Shown in pieces: positions 34,534-47,400 of a DNA stretch of 64,000 bases (the first letter of the stretch is position 1; every line of letters starts with the position of its first letter). The notes beneath the pieces were generated by a model. The model did not search any database. It was given only the letters and a program-made list of their open reading frames with translations, and had not been told where the DNA came from. A program made the position numbers and the translations under genes. Source of the DNA: Chlorokybus atmophyticus (Eukaryota; Plantae; Mesostigma and Chlorokybus algae); the NCBI GenBank assembly GCA_009103225.1, contig RHPI01001168.1, positions 593,053 to 657,052 of the forward strand, read 5' to 3'.

Positions 34534-37500
34534 TTACACCAGTGCAGCGAAATCTGGCGTTGTGTGTTCTTGGTGCTGGTGTTGCCACACCAGATGCGCA
34601 AGCTCCCGCACGATATCGATGACGGCATGAGGCCGTCCCATCGAGCGAGCGGCTTCAGACATGCGCTGCAGCTGCTCCTTTGCGGAACCAAACCACCCTC
34701 CCACTATCTCCGCAATGCCCTTGGGATCTTTGCAGAACCGACCAACGCCATGGTTTTCAACATACGGTATGTTGCCTGCTTCCTGTTGAATAAAAACTAA
34801 CGCGCATGACTGAAGGCTACGACTGGTAGCCATATGTCAACAGGTAACACAACCAGCTGAACTGGACAGCTCACCTGTCCTGCAATGGCATCATTGAGAA
34901 TGAGAGGTAGACCTCGGATGAGGGCCTCTGCAATTGTTCCTGGCCCAGCCTGAACGCACCACAGAGTCAGAACCTATCCCTAGCGTCTGCCTGCCCGTCA
35001 AGACTTGTGGAATCAAGCTCAACGTCATGCTCACACGCGCATGTGTGTCGGCATGTGTTGAACTTGTGCACGCGACAATGCTGTACCTTGGTGACTAAGC
35101 AGTCAGCAGCCGCCATCCACTCTGACATGTTGTTAACAAAGCCGTTGACCTGTTATGCACGAGTTACAGTCAGTACTTACAAACTGGAGCCACTTGAATA
35201 ATGCAGCCACACGTGGCTACCTGCACAGGGATGGCCCATTTGTGTTTCTTCAGCGTGGCTGCGAGCTGCTTGTTGCGCCCGCAGATTACAACAAGCTGCC
35301 CGATTGGTGCAGACCCTTCAGACAGCTTCTCCGCCAGCGCCTTTGCTGTCGCCTCCACAGGGCCAATGCCCTCACCGCCACTAGCCAGGAGCACCATGGG
35401 CAAGTTGGGTTGAAGCCCAAGTTGACGCCGCATTGTTTCCTACATGCATGTGTGCACGATGAAACTACTGTCACCAACAACGCTTGCACTCGGAGTTCCA
35501 GGCCAAGTATGCTGATAGCTTCTGTACCTTGTCTGACGTTGGCTTGGCAAACACTGGCCTAATTGGCAACCCAAACAAGCGTATCTGGTGCGGTTTAAGG
35601 CCAGCATTAAGTGCTCGTCGCTCAACCTCCTCATTAGGCACACAGCACACACTAACTGCTGTGTGGAACCTGCCAACACCAATGCAATTCATGTCCATGC
35701 ACGCAACTGCGTTCATTGCAAGCACGGCACTACCATAGGCTTTACAACTCACTTTCTCGCCATGACCATGCAACTTGCTTTTCATGCGTCTTGAATCGTG
35801 TCACGACTATGTTACAATAACTCTACAAGGCATGCACATTGTGTCAAACATCAGGCAGCAAGCGTACCATGTGGGGTGGACGGTTGTCAAATCCGTCACT
35901 ACGGTGGCAAATGGTATCCTCCCATACAGTCCACGCCTTTTCATCACACGAATGGGGACATGCTGCATCAAAGGATGCACACTGACAATAATGTCAGGTT
36001 TGTACTTCTGGAATGCCTCGAAAAACATCCTGCACAATACACCACTGTACGTCAAGCACATGCTGCATCTTGTCAAGCCTGGCCAGCCATTCGCACGAGA
36101 GAATGTGCATTGCCAAGACGCAAGCAAACAGTAACGTGCTTACTTGGCTACAAATGCGGAAACTGCAGTGAAGTGGGGTTTGTGCACAGTTTGGGGGTAA
36201 GAGAAGTAGAAAGCCGCCTTCCACAGCCAGCCATGCTTCACGAGGAAGCTGTAGCTTTTGGGCAGTTGATTGAATGGGTACGGGGTGTGGTGCGTCCATA
36301 TGTCCACAACGGACACCTGTCGCATATGTTACTATCAGCTAGCTGTATTGCAATGCACCTCATCACAGGGCCAATACTCCACATAGACTCAATTGCATGC
36401 CCACACGTTTACAAGCGACATATCAGTACATAAAGTATTACCCAACATGGAGCACATTGGTTCACACCTCAAATTGGTCTGGGAATTCTTGTTCAAAGGC
36501 CATCTTGAGTGCTTCAGCACTGGCACGATGACCGCCTCCAGTGTCGCTCATGAGTATCATCACCTTCTTTTTCTCATCTTTGGTCTTTGCAACTGGCTGC
36601 ACCTGCAACCCAAGTCATGCATATTAGCCTTGCCCGTAGACTGGCAGATTATCATCTTATCATAAGCAAGACGATTAGCTGTTGCAGTTGTCATGACCTT
36701 GCATCACAAAACCAACGGATGTGACAATCCTGACACAATTGCTGGCGAGACACACCAGCTGCATCTAAGACAACTCAACTGTGTATGCTAGCATGACTTT
36801 TGCTACTTAACTCTGCTGCCAACCTGCAACGTGTAAGTTCTGGTAAAGTGTAGTGACATCGGCATATAGTGGAGTAATGCACATGTGGCCAATGTCCCTG
36901 CTGCGTGTTACCTCAGCGAAGTCGGGAGCATCGGGGTCACGCTGAACAGAGGCAGGGTCGGCCGAAGGCGCTGCGCCAGCTGGATCTGATGAAAAGTTGT
37001 TGGGGTGCCTTCGCCTGCCTGTCATGCGCGGCATGCGCCATTGAAAACCGCTGCTGCCTGCTACATCGCCAGTACTAGCGGAGCACCGGGTCGCGCACTG
37101 GCGGTAGTACCCGCTTGCCCGCCTCCTCCTGCTACCCACCACCAAAAACCTCTCCGCTTTTGCCGGCCCCGCTGCAGCAACGTACCTGCAGTTGTTGACA
37201 TTCACACCTCAGCACTGCCTATGACCTTCGCATGTGTATTCAGCTGTCAGTTCTGCTGTGCGCATTCATGTGTTAGAGAACCTGAAGAACCTGAAAAACA
37301 ATGCTCCATGGCCACTGGCCACTGGCCACAGCACGTAAGAAAGTGAATGATACACGCTTAAAGTGCTTGTTAAAAGCGAAGTGACGTGCATTCTGTGACA
37401 GTACGTGCATTGCAACATTTACCAGCAAACGTTCTGCTGTTGAAAGCTGCTGCTATGCAAGGGGCATGCCTGAGCCGTGGGATGAAGCACAGTGCTCTAT

Positions 37501-37636
37501 TGGAAATGCTGGCGGGCGCGGATGAGACTCTGGCGGAGGAGAGCGACAAAGGCGCAGCTGCCAGCTCCGTCCTCCTGGTCGCCAATGCCGTGGTTGAGCT
37601 CCTCCCGCCACCCTCGGCGGCCAACGACGACGTCAT
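34534..37636 (-). CDS. MGD1: Monogalactosyldiacylglycerol synthase, multi-exon
   Basis: [72 protein letters not shown]-like [28 protein letters not shown]. Confidence 0.93.
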
Positions 37637-37799
37637 GCCCAAACCGTCCACTGCTCCAACATGTGCTCCTCCAGCACTAAGCTACGACCTTGCCATTTAA
37701 TCCGCACACGCCAGCCAGTTAACTCCAGCCCCGCAGCGCCAAAGGCGACACCGACAACAACGACACCTCCGCCGCGGCTGCCGCCGACGACAAGCAGCG

Positions 37800-37920
37800 C
37801 TATGCCATGCTCAACACCGATTGCAACACTAGGGCAATAACGTTATCAGTTGGTGGAGCGCTATGCCATGTTCAACACCGACCGCAACGCTAGAGCAATA
37901 ACGTTATCAGTTGGTGGAGC
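37800..37920 (+). repeat. Tandem duplication, 2 x ~61 bp, upstream of the MGDG synthase gene
   Basis: CTATGCCATG(C/T)TCAACACCGA...GCAATAACGTTATCAGTTGGTGGAGC occurs twice. Confidence 0.9.
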
Positions 37921-38083
37921 TGTTTGACGGTGTCGTTGGCAGTCAGTCAAGCGGCCCGACGGAAGGGGATCAGTCTGGGTGTGTCGATGTCGGCGGCGGC
38001 TGACTTGTCGTCTTGCGTCGATGTGGACAAGCGCGGATGAATTTTGCAAAGACTAGTTGTGTCGACGTCAATGCTGTGTGATA

Positions 38084-38099
38084 GCCCATGTTAGGGTTT
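38084..38099. promoter_or_regulatory. Telo-box (TTAGGGTTT) with adjacent site-II-like GCCCA in the divergent MGD1/DUF760 interval
   Basis: Motif match only (telo-box 38091-38099). Confidence 0.35.
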
Positions 38100-38792
38100 G
38101 CCTTGCTTTCCCGCCGGCATTTTCCCGCTGGCGGCCATTTCCTGCCTGTAACCATCTCGAGGCCGCGGCGGAACGGGCTGTATAATTTTCAACTTCATAC
38201 AACGCCCCATCCGGGCCCAAACGGCTTCACAAGGGACTCGCGTCGACGTCAACGAGCACGGACCAAACACTCTGTGCCCACGTCGCCGTCGACTCACCCG
38301 ACTGCCCACGCGACGGTATCGACACAAGAAATTCGTCGCCAGTGCACGTCGACACGGACAACGACAAATGAGCCCATGGAAGCTGCTCGGGTCGCTTGGC
38401 TGTTGGTAGCGCCTGTGCGTTATTGAGCGTATGCGGACTACCTAGCACGGTAGTTAGTTGCTGAGGTCGCCTGCGTCAAAGCGTCTCTCAGCTGCGCTCT
38501 CATTGGCCGCCTTTTACGCGGATAACAGTATATCTGTAAGCAGGGTGATATCGTCGCTCGCGCGCGGGGCGGAGGGCGATCGGCCGCCACATCAGCAAGC
38601 CCAACTCAACGCTGCACCGAGTGAGCTGACCGAGGCGATATCAGCGTTGGATGCGGATATCAATGTTTCAACTGGTGGCTGCGGGCGACTTGGTCGCACT
38701 TGGCACAAGCGAATCGCACAAGTCATGGGGTAAGGGCATTAGGGCTTGTGGACGTGGTACGTTGTGGGCGCATAGGATTTGTGGTGGCAATC

Positions 38793-38793
38793 A

Positions 38794-38827
<34 letters not shown>

Positions 38828-41085
38828 CACCGTGTGCGTGCCTGCCCGGTCGTCCGAGAGGGTAGTCAGCAGGTTTGCCCCTGAGCCCGTCGCCGCCGCG
38901 GCACAGAGCAGTTTGTCGAGCAGAGTTTGCCTGCCATCCAGGCCGCAAGCTCAACGCCTGCGCTTCAGGAGAAGGAGATCGCCGCGAGCCGCAGCTGCTG
39001 AAGGGAACGGCAAGCCAGAGAACTCAAATGGAGATTCCGCTCAGGAGAACGACCCTGTAAGTGGCATGCTGTTCTGGTTCTTGGTGGTGCATTACGCAAT
39101 TGTGCATTCTACCTACCGTTTCGTGCATGGTTGCTATTGGGGTTGGAAATCCCTGAAGTTCTCTATGCCTACACCTCTCCATTGAGTGACTTCGAGTCGT
39201 CTGCTGTAGCCAACTACTGTCGGCCATGCTTCATGCTGTATGCAACCGCACTGCACTTGCACAATTACTATCAGCTCTTGTAGAACTGTTATCCCGCAAT
39301 CAAGCCGTGCACTGGTACTACTTCCTTGCCACGTAGTGCAAGTGCATTCGGCATCAGGCTCGCATGTATAGTAACATGCAAGCGTGCAGTGCCAAACAGC
39401 AGACCACTGTGTGTTGTGGATTCCGTGCGTGTTTCCGGTATGTATCGTCACTGTGCTTGAGGGTCTGTTGTGTGCTTGCGTGCACAACCGTGAACCAGTA
39501 CTTGCCAACCATACATTTGGCAAGAGTCGCAGATGGCAACATGGGCTGCTGGAGCCTTCCAGCCATATCAGCCGTTGGAGGTTATTGCTTTTACTTATGC
39601 TTTTATGTAAACAGCTCCAACAGCGACGAGAGATCCTGCTCGATTATGTGAAGACAGTGCAGCCTGATTTATTAGAAGCCTTCAGCAAGCGCGCCCCTCA
39701 AACTGTACGCTGGGGTTTCAGATGTGCATGAGGCTTTTATTGGTACTACTTGCTAGAGGCCTCACGGGCTTGTTCACATGATAGGTCGTGGATGCTATGC
39801 GACAAACAGTCTCCAATATGATTGGATCATTGCCCCCAAGGTTTTTTGAAGTCACCGTCACCACGGTGAGCACCTGCATTAAATCTTTGCAGCTGTATGG
39901 TGGTGTATACCCATACGGACACGGACACCACTGTGTAGCATGAGCAAACAGCTCATGCCAGGCTTTTAATGAGGGCTGGTTGCTTGCTGCAGGTGGCAGA
40001 GAATCTGGCCCAACTGATGTACAGTGTTCTCATGACTGGCTACATGTTTAGAAATGCACAGTACCGCATGGAGCTTCGCCAGTCCCTGGCTTTGCTACCA
40101 GCGCCGGGTGACGCCGTTCCATCAGTAAGTTGATCTGTTGCATGTCATGTCTGTATGAGATGTGATGCCTCCATCTCTGCAAGTGGAACTTCTGATGTTG
40201 AGCAAGACCAATCTTTCTTTACCAGTGCAGTGTTGGCTATGCACTGCGTACAGTGTGTGCTCTTGGCTGTGTAGATACAAAAATTAGAGCACAAGCTGCA
40301 CTGGGTTGTGTAGTGTTGATAGTTCTCTCCTGTTAGGAGCTGGAGGTGGTACCCAAGTACGCGCCAGGCTCTCAAAAGCGCGTGCAAGGGGAGGTCTTGA
40401 GGTGGAGCATCACCGATGATAAGGTGGAGAGCATGGGTGCGAGGGATTACATAGATATGCTTGAGAGCGAGGTGGCCGCCCTGCAAGCGCAGCTGGAGGC
40501 AGCACGCAAGGAGCAGACGGGAGACAACCCGCTGCTCTCTTACCTCAAGAGGCTTGAACCCAAGAACTTGCAGGAGCTTACGACAAGCGCTGGCCCTGAT
40601 GTGTTGGAAGCCATGAACTCTTTCATCAAGAGGCTGTTGAACGTGAATGACACATCAGACTTGAAGGTGATCTCGTTTGCATGTATGTCCTTGCCAAGTG
40701 AGAGGATTGGATTGTTAACTGTAGTTCTTGCTGCCATCAGAGCGCAATTTCCTCGTCGTCCGCAGCTGAGATGGCGCAGCTGGTGTACTGGCTGCTTGTA
40801 GTTGGCTACAACGTCCGCACCCTTGAGGTGAGTTCTTGAATTACACGGCCATCGTGCAAATAGGTAGTTGGGAGCAGATGGTGGTGCAGTTGGTTGATAC
40901 TGATATATATTATAGCTTCAACCCAGTCTTGCACTCGTTGCAGTGTGCTTCACTTCCCGAGCATCATGTCAACCAATGACACTTGTATCTCACAGGTTCG
41001 GCTGGACATGGAGAGCAAGCTTGGCCTTCCCATGCCAGCATCTCGGCAATTCATGGAACTACCTCCTGGTGACGGTTTAAACTAA
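38793..41085 (+). CDS. DUF760-family plastid protein with two DUF760-like repeats
   Basis: LLDYVKTVQPDLLEAFSKRAP|VVDAMRQTVSNMIGSLPP, NLAQLMYSVLMTGYMFRNAQYRMEL, NPLLSYLKRLEPKNLQELT, MAQLVYWLLVVGYNVRTLEVRLDME. Confidence 0.85.
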
Positions 41086-41754
41086 GCTTGAACTGAACGC
41101 TGTGTAGGTAGCGCAGCTAGTTGTGTTGCTGCTAGTCAAGCAGCGCTTGCAACCGCCATCTTGCTGTTGTAGACCAACACTCTCTTGTGCGCAGAAGCAT
41201 GGGTGTTCAACTCATGGCGCGACTTCATTGGGGTGTAGTATCAGTGGATTGTCGCTGGCGAGTGTGTTTGTGCTGAAGTGCAAGGTGCCCACTCTTCAAC
41301 CCGTGCCAGCATCTGACCATCCGCGTTGCAGCTACGGCTAGTGTTAGATCGTGTTATTATTGTCTGTTAGTAGCTTAGATGTGCGTCCAGTTTGTAAACC
41401 TCCTCTGGTACATAGTCTTTTGCGAAGTGGATAGCCTGTATTTTGAGTGTCAGTACACAGTATAGCTGTGCTACCCAGTACACACACTGTATACATGCAC
41501 CCATGGTGTGCCGAACAGGACAGTCAAGGCGATACTGGGCTGGGTGACCTGCACATTTGGACTGATTGTGCATCAGTCTGGCAACAGTTTAGATTACCAT
41601 AAGCGAGCAAAAACTGTGGTTATTACCGAACAGTTGAGATCTGTGTGATGCAATGGTGTACATGTTGCACAGTAACATCATGATAGTCGCCACATACAAA
41701 TTGTCAGCACATGTACTGTATGTGGCAGTAACGGTAATTCAATACCATTGGCAT

Positions 41755-42697
41755 TCACTTCGCAAGCTTGCATTTCTTGAAGTACTGCTGAACACGAGAC
41801 TTGCGTGCAGGAGCGGTGGCAATGCAGGTGGGGAAGTCCTCAGGCTGCTCGGTCCACAGCTTGTGCGCGACAGCCCCGGCCTCCAGCTCCTCCCCCAGCG
41901 CCCTCAACTGTACCTCCCCCTTCACCTCAAGCACCACCTTGCGCATGTGGTCCAGGTGACCCGCCTCGCAGTATGCCTGCACGGCGGTAAGTGAGTTCTG
42001 CATCCATGAGAGACACAATGACAGCAGCAAGGCCTACCAATGTGTCCGGGTGGTCTCGGGCAAGCCACAGGGCCGCGACGGAGGCGTGACAGGCCTGCGC
42101 GACAACGCTCCCTAGGGGCCAGTTGAGACCGTCCTTGCTGCTGAGGTCCTTGCGCAGCACCACGTACTGGACCAGCGGGTCCGAGTCCTCGCTGTTGTTG
42201 GTGTCCTGACCGCTGTAGTACAGCGGGTCAGTGAATGAGACATTCGCGCATGCACACGCGCGTTTTGAAACGTAACGTAAGATGACAGAATCTTCTGTAT
42301 AACGTGCTCTTGTTCAAGATTAATCTACTCTCAACAAGTCAGCCATCTGCATCGCAGACAAGTGTGCATTGCCGCTGGTGCATAATAGGAACGGGCTGGA
42401 CGACGCATCATGTATTCATCTGAACGGTGCCACTCATGCGCATAGCATGCATTGTGTACAAGGTCGTCAGATATGCGTGATATATACATGCCTCGTGGCA
42501 GGTGCATCCGATGGCGCCGCCGCTGCCGGCTGCATGTCGTCCATGCGATGTGTGCCCTGCAGCTTGAGGCCTTTGGCGAAGCTCCAGGCCTTGCAGATAG
42601 GAGGAAACCGAGCCTGCAACGACCGCCGCCTCGCCGCCACCTCCGCCAACGGCCTCACCGCTGCCACGGTGGCGGCGGCGACGGCGGCGACATGCAT
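41755..42697 (-). CDS. PTRHD1-like (PTH2-family peptidyl-tRNA hydrolase domain) with N-terminal extension
   Basis: [11 protein letters not shown]...[45 protein letters not shown]. Confidence 0.87.
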
Positions 42698-42915
42698 GAG
42701 CGCATGAGAACTGGCTACAGACATACACAAGGCGCATTGTTTACAAGAATGCGGACTGGGTGTAGGCATACTGGCGACAGAGTTTCGTTACAAACACTAA
42801 CCGAGACGCATGAGATATACAACGGATATTAACTCCCCTGGCAACGATATCTACATTTGATCTGGATAAGATATTGGCGGTCAATTTTCTCAGTCAACTG
42901 ACCAAGGCATTGACC

Positions 42916-43883
42916 ATGGCGGCGGCGGCGGCGGTGGTGTTGCCAGCGAGGTCCGTCCCCGGCCCCTCCTCCTCCCTCTCTTCTAGGACAGCCATCCACG
43001 GTCGGACGTCACTGCTGCCGTCCGGAACCAGGCTTCGGGCGTCCAGGCCCGTGAGGGGAGGTGCTGTGGCTCTGTTTGGCGGCGGCGGCAACAGCGGCGG
43101 CGAGGGCGGTGAGAGACTCTCCCTTTACATAAATGAGTCTTGACAATGTGGGCGTGTGGCTGTGTTGCGTCACTAAATTACATTCGGGTTGGTGCGTGAC
43201 GTGTGTCAGTTCAGTCGTAGCCTCAGCTAGGCAAGAGCTACGTTCAACAAACAGTCAAGAAACAAGACAACCTGCCTGAGTTCTTAGGCTGCTGCTTGTT
43301 ATTTTTCGTACTTGGTGACGCGAGGCCCTCAATCACTTGATGTTATCGTTGATAGGTGTTGATCTCAGGTTTTGTAATGTGTGTTTCGTATGCGTCAACA
43401 ATCCGACATGCAATGGCCACATATTGGGTTGTGGTGTTAGCTTTGGGCGCATCTGCTCAATCGCGAGTCAACATGTGGGTGCGATGTTGCTTGCAGGCGA
43501 GGCACCCAAGAAGAAGGGGTTGAAGCGTGAGGAAGAACCCGACCAGTAAGCACAGCAGCCAACACATGCGCAGACTGCTTTTTCCCAATTTCCCATGCAC
43601 CTGCGCACAGCATTTTGCAAGCTCTCTCTTGTGACTGCCGTGCGTTGGGATGGCGCTTTTCGCGCCACGTACATGTTGCTTTGCTCCAGTAAAGCATTGG
43701 CATTGCAGCTGACAACCATTGACAACAATCCTAACTAACTGCAGGTTCTGGCGTTCTGAGGGTGAGGCTTCAGGCAAGAACCCCCTTGCGGACCCGCTGG
43801 CCCTTGTTGGCATCCTATCCATCTTTGCGCCATTCATCATCCTCGGCGTGTGTTTCCAGGCGGGCCTCGTTAGGCTGCCATGA
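42916..43883 (+). CDS. Small probable plastid protein with a single C-terminal hydrophobic segment
   Basis: Ala/Ser/Arg-rich presequence, then spliced KKGLKREEEPDQ|FWRSEGEASGKNPLADPLALVGILSIFAPFIILGVCFQAGLVRLP*. Confidence 0.7.
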
Positions 43884-44257
43884 GCGGTTTGAAAGCCACT
43901 TATTTGGCCACAACCAAGAGGTGTCATCAGTAGCAGTAGTTACTCAGCTTTTGCCGATATCGGTTGTTGTATGCATTCAGTTCTTGTTATCGGTATGCAC
44001 TACCCTTGTTAACTGTATCTTGCCGTATTACTAGTATACAGCAGTATCCTCGGTTTCCTAAATCACGCCGAGTGTCAGCTGCCGAAGTGCGTTCATCATG
44101 GCTACGCATGTACATAGAATGCCATCCATGAATGTGTGCACACGCATCCAAGAGTGTTGCAATCTGCGGTCTGCATATGCATCCCGATCAATGTGATCGG
44201 CATGACCAGAGACTGCATCACTGCATGCGGCATTGGTTGCTGCGCTCGTGAGTACAG

Positions 44258-44428
44258 TAAAACAGGTATGGCGGGGCTGATATCTGGCTTTGCTGGAGCC
44301 CAAGCAATACCCCGCACTGCCACACAGCCATGTCACCCAAACTGCGAGTTCAATAAAACAGGTATGGCGGGACTGATAGCTGGCTTTGCTGGAGCACACG
44401 TAATACCCCACACGGCCACACACCCATG
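44258..44428 (+). repeat. Two ~75-bp direct repeats with 96-bp period, downstream of XPG
   Basis: TAAAACAGGTATGGCGGG(G/A)CTGAT...GCTTTGCTGGAGC starts at 44258 and 44354. Confidence 0.85.
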
Positions 44429-44499
44429 ACAACCAAACGAACCAGAACAACCTCAACACCACTCCAATAACATACCAAAGCGTGCTGTCACACGTCACA

Positions 44500-47400
44500 T
44501 TAGGTTGAAGACTGTTTTCGTCGCTTAAGTGTGGGCATGCCGCGCAATCTGCCTAACACCAGTGGCCCTTCAAACTCTTCCACAGGGTCACCGCTTACCG
44601 GGGGGCCAGACCCCTCTGTGGAGGCTTGCAGGAGGGACGAACCCAGCACAGGAGCTGAAACTGCTTCACTCATGGGAGTGAGTGCCAACGCGCCGTTGGA
44701 GTGCTGTTCAGGTAGCTGTGCTTGTGGTAAGAAAGGAGAAGGGCTCAATGGCGGTGCAGCAGGTGCTGCTGAAGGCACAACCGCTAATGTTGTATCAACG
44801 CCTTCCGTACGCTGTGCTGTCCAGGGGCTCTCATGCAACCCGCCACTGCCGGGCGACAACTGTGGGATCTGCGCTTGAGGTGATGTGGCCATGCGCGTAT
44901 CGTGTCTGCCGCCGTTTGCTTTCGCCCACTTAGCAAATGGGTCCGCCGTGCGACGCTTCCTGGCTTGCTTCTGTACTGCTCGATCTTCCTCAGCCGTGAC
45001 AAACCCGCCCCCACCAGCATTAATACCCCCTGTGGGTGTGGGTATTGTTGGCGACGCGGGCATAGGTGGTGAACCCGCAAGTGTTGGTGGAGCAATACGT
45101 GCAGTGTCGGCGAGTGCCAACTGTTGGGCGGGGGCTTTGCTGAGACTGTCGCGTCGCTGTGAGGGCAAGCTTGCCTGATCGGCCTCACCCTCCTTGTCAC
45201 TACCGCTCTCCACATAGTGTACTTTGCGCGTTGTGCGTGTGGACTGCATCAGACAGACACGCGTGTCAGTCACACGTGCACAAACTGCCAACTGGCTCGC
45301 ATGACACACATACAAGTAGGCCCCAGGCTCCTTACCCTGCGGGCTGGCATGGGTTGGGGTGCGCTCGCAGGCCGACGCTCAGCTTCGCTATCAGTCAAGC
45401 CGCTCAGCAGGTGCGGACTGTCCTCTTTTGCAGCATTGGCACTGCGTGGCCGCCCTTTCGCAACAGTCTTACGACCTTTGCCTTTGTGGGTGGCCACAGC
45501 ATCTTTGACAAGAGGAAGATCTGCTGGTAAGGTGTCCTGTGTGGCAGGCAGAAGTGCTTTTGGTGCGGCTTTTGCTTTGCTGGGGCTGTGCATCAGAGGG
45601 TTCTCCTCGTGCTCCTGGAAAGAAGTGTAGAAGTGTTACATGGGTTGAGAATATTCAACAAGAAGGGGAAGGGCAGAGGAGATTGCAATGAACACACCGT
45701 CAACGAGAGGTTGGCGGCGTTGCGAGCATTGGTTGCATGAGCCAGCGCCTTCTGTATGCGCTTGCTGCATGCAAGCAGAGTTGAGGAGTAGTTAAGGAGT
45801 ACCCACAGAGTTCTTACGCAACGGGTTGCAACTTGTGCATGAAGCGACTGATGCTGCGAGGTGCAAGGCATGTGCTCTCTGCAACTAATCAAGCTCTCCG
45901 CTGTCATACCTGCGAACCTTTGCAAAGCGCTGTGTGAATCCGAAAAAATGCTCCATGCGCAGCTGAGTCTCTCTCGCATCATAAGCCTTCAGGACTGGTA
46001 TCAGCACCTCATCTGCTTTGGCGTCCTGCCAGCCGAACTTGTTGCGACAGAGTTGGCGCAACACGTCCAAATCTGGACGGCCCCATGAGAAAGACTCCTT
46101 GGAGTCGTCTACCTGCAGCCACACGTTTACACCTACTAGTGGCATGAAGACAAGCACCACACGAACCTTTGTGCAACACAGTATCAATTCAAAACTGCAG
46201 AACAAGATGAGACCTGTGGTGTGCGATATGCTTCCACGACATTGGGTGACGGAAACAAGGCAGGGAGCTCCCAGTTCTTGCGTGCCCCCTTGTGTTTGTG
46301 CTTAAAGATGCGCTGCAAACACGCAAGGTGCTGTACATCCGACAAGTTGCCTCCACCATTGTCTGGTCACGAGTACAAGCAAATAATCATGTTGCTGGCT
46401 GCGAAGAACATAAAGGCCAGAAAAGCAACAGCGGTACGATTACGCTTACAAGCTTACTAATACTTTCTTACATTTACATCAGTCAGTACTGACCATGTGT
46501 CTCTTCAGCCACTGCCGGTGGGTCCAATAATGTCATGTCTGGGGCTTTGACCCAATCTGCATACTTCCTTAGGCCTTCTATTCCAGGGAATGCGCTTATT
46601 GTCTCCATGGCATTTACGATACCAACACCGCTTACACCCTCCGTGTAGTCACTGCAAACAGGCTACCAATATGCAAGCACATGCAACTGAATCATGAGCA
46701 ACCGTGACTCGAGCTAGTACCTGCCAAGCAGAAGTGCAAGAAAGATCAACTTGTCTCGATCCATACCCAACTCCCGCTCCACATCGCTCATCTGGTAGTG
46801 CTCCACATACTTCTTCTGGTCGAATATGTTTCGGTAGACAGCTCTTCCCCCGAAAAGGAAGACATCACAGTCGTCTGTCACAGTGCCTGCCGATTTCACA
46901 CATCAGCCAAGCAGCATTGCAAGATCGGCAGTCTCAACCCGACTTTACTGTACCATCAACGAGCCCGAGACTCTCCAAGGCAGCGCACTGCGCTTCCGCC
47001 TCCATTGGTGCAATGACATAAGGCAGCCCAAACATCTGGCGGCCAAAGGTGATTGCGATGTTAGCACTCTTTGCTGATGTGTTCCACGGACGCGACGCAT
47101 TGAGTACACCAACCTGCAGTAGCTCCTGGCACTCTGCAAGCATTTCCACAGTAACAGACTCTGCAGCCTTCTCATCAGTGCGATGCTTGGCCTTCAAGCT
47201 GGTGGCCTCGGCTGCAAGCTGCTGCCGCAGCTCCTGGGTGTCAAGCGCCGTATCCCCCGCCAAGTTTTCGTTCAAGTTCTTCGCCATGTCTCCATTGCCA
47301 GTCGCTGCAATGTCGGACTCGCCCATGTCCTCCACGACCCCAGCAGGCATGTTTTGATTTTGGCTAATGGGCTTGGGTGTTGCATATTTGTCGGGCAGTT

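Noticed and set aside
38458-38733. 91-aa ORF upstream of the DUF760 gene
   Set aside because: No motifs or splice support; it lies in a probable promoter or 5' UTR.
617-43883. Apparent cluster of plastid lipid/isoprenoid genes (HPT, UbiA, MGD1, DUF760)
   Set aside because: They are interspersed with unrelated genes, belong to different pathways and show no shared organisation; this is expected in a gene-dense algal genome.
11431-44428. Short direct repeats (11431, 37800, 44258) as CRISPR-like arrays
   Set aside because: Each has only two units with no unique spacers, the context is eukaryotic and there are no cas genes.
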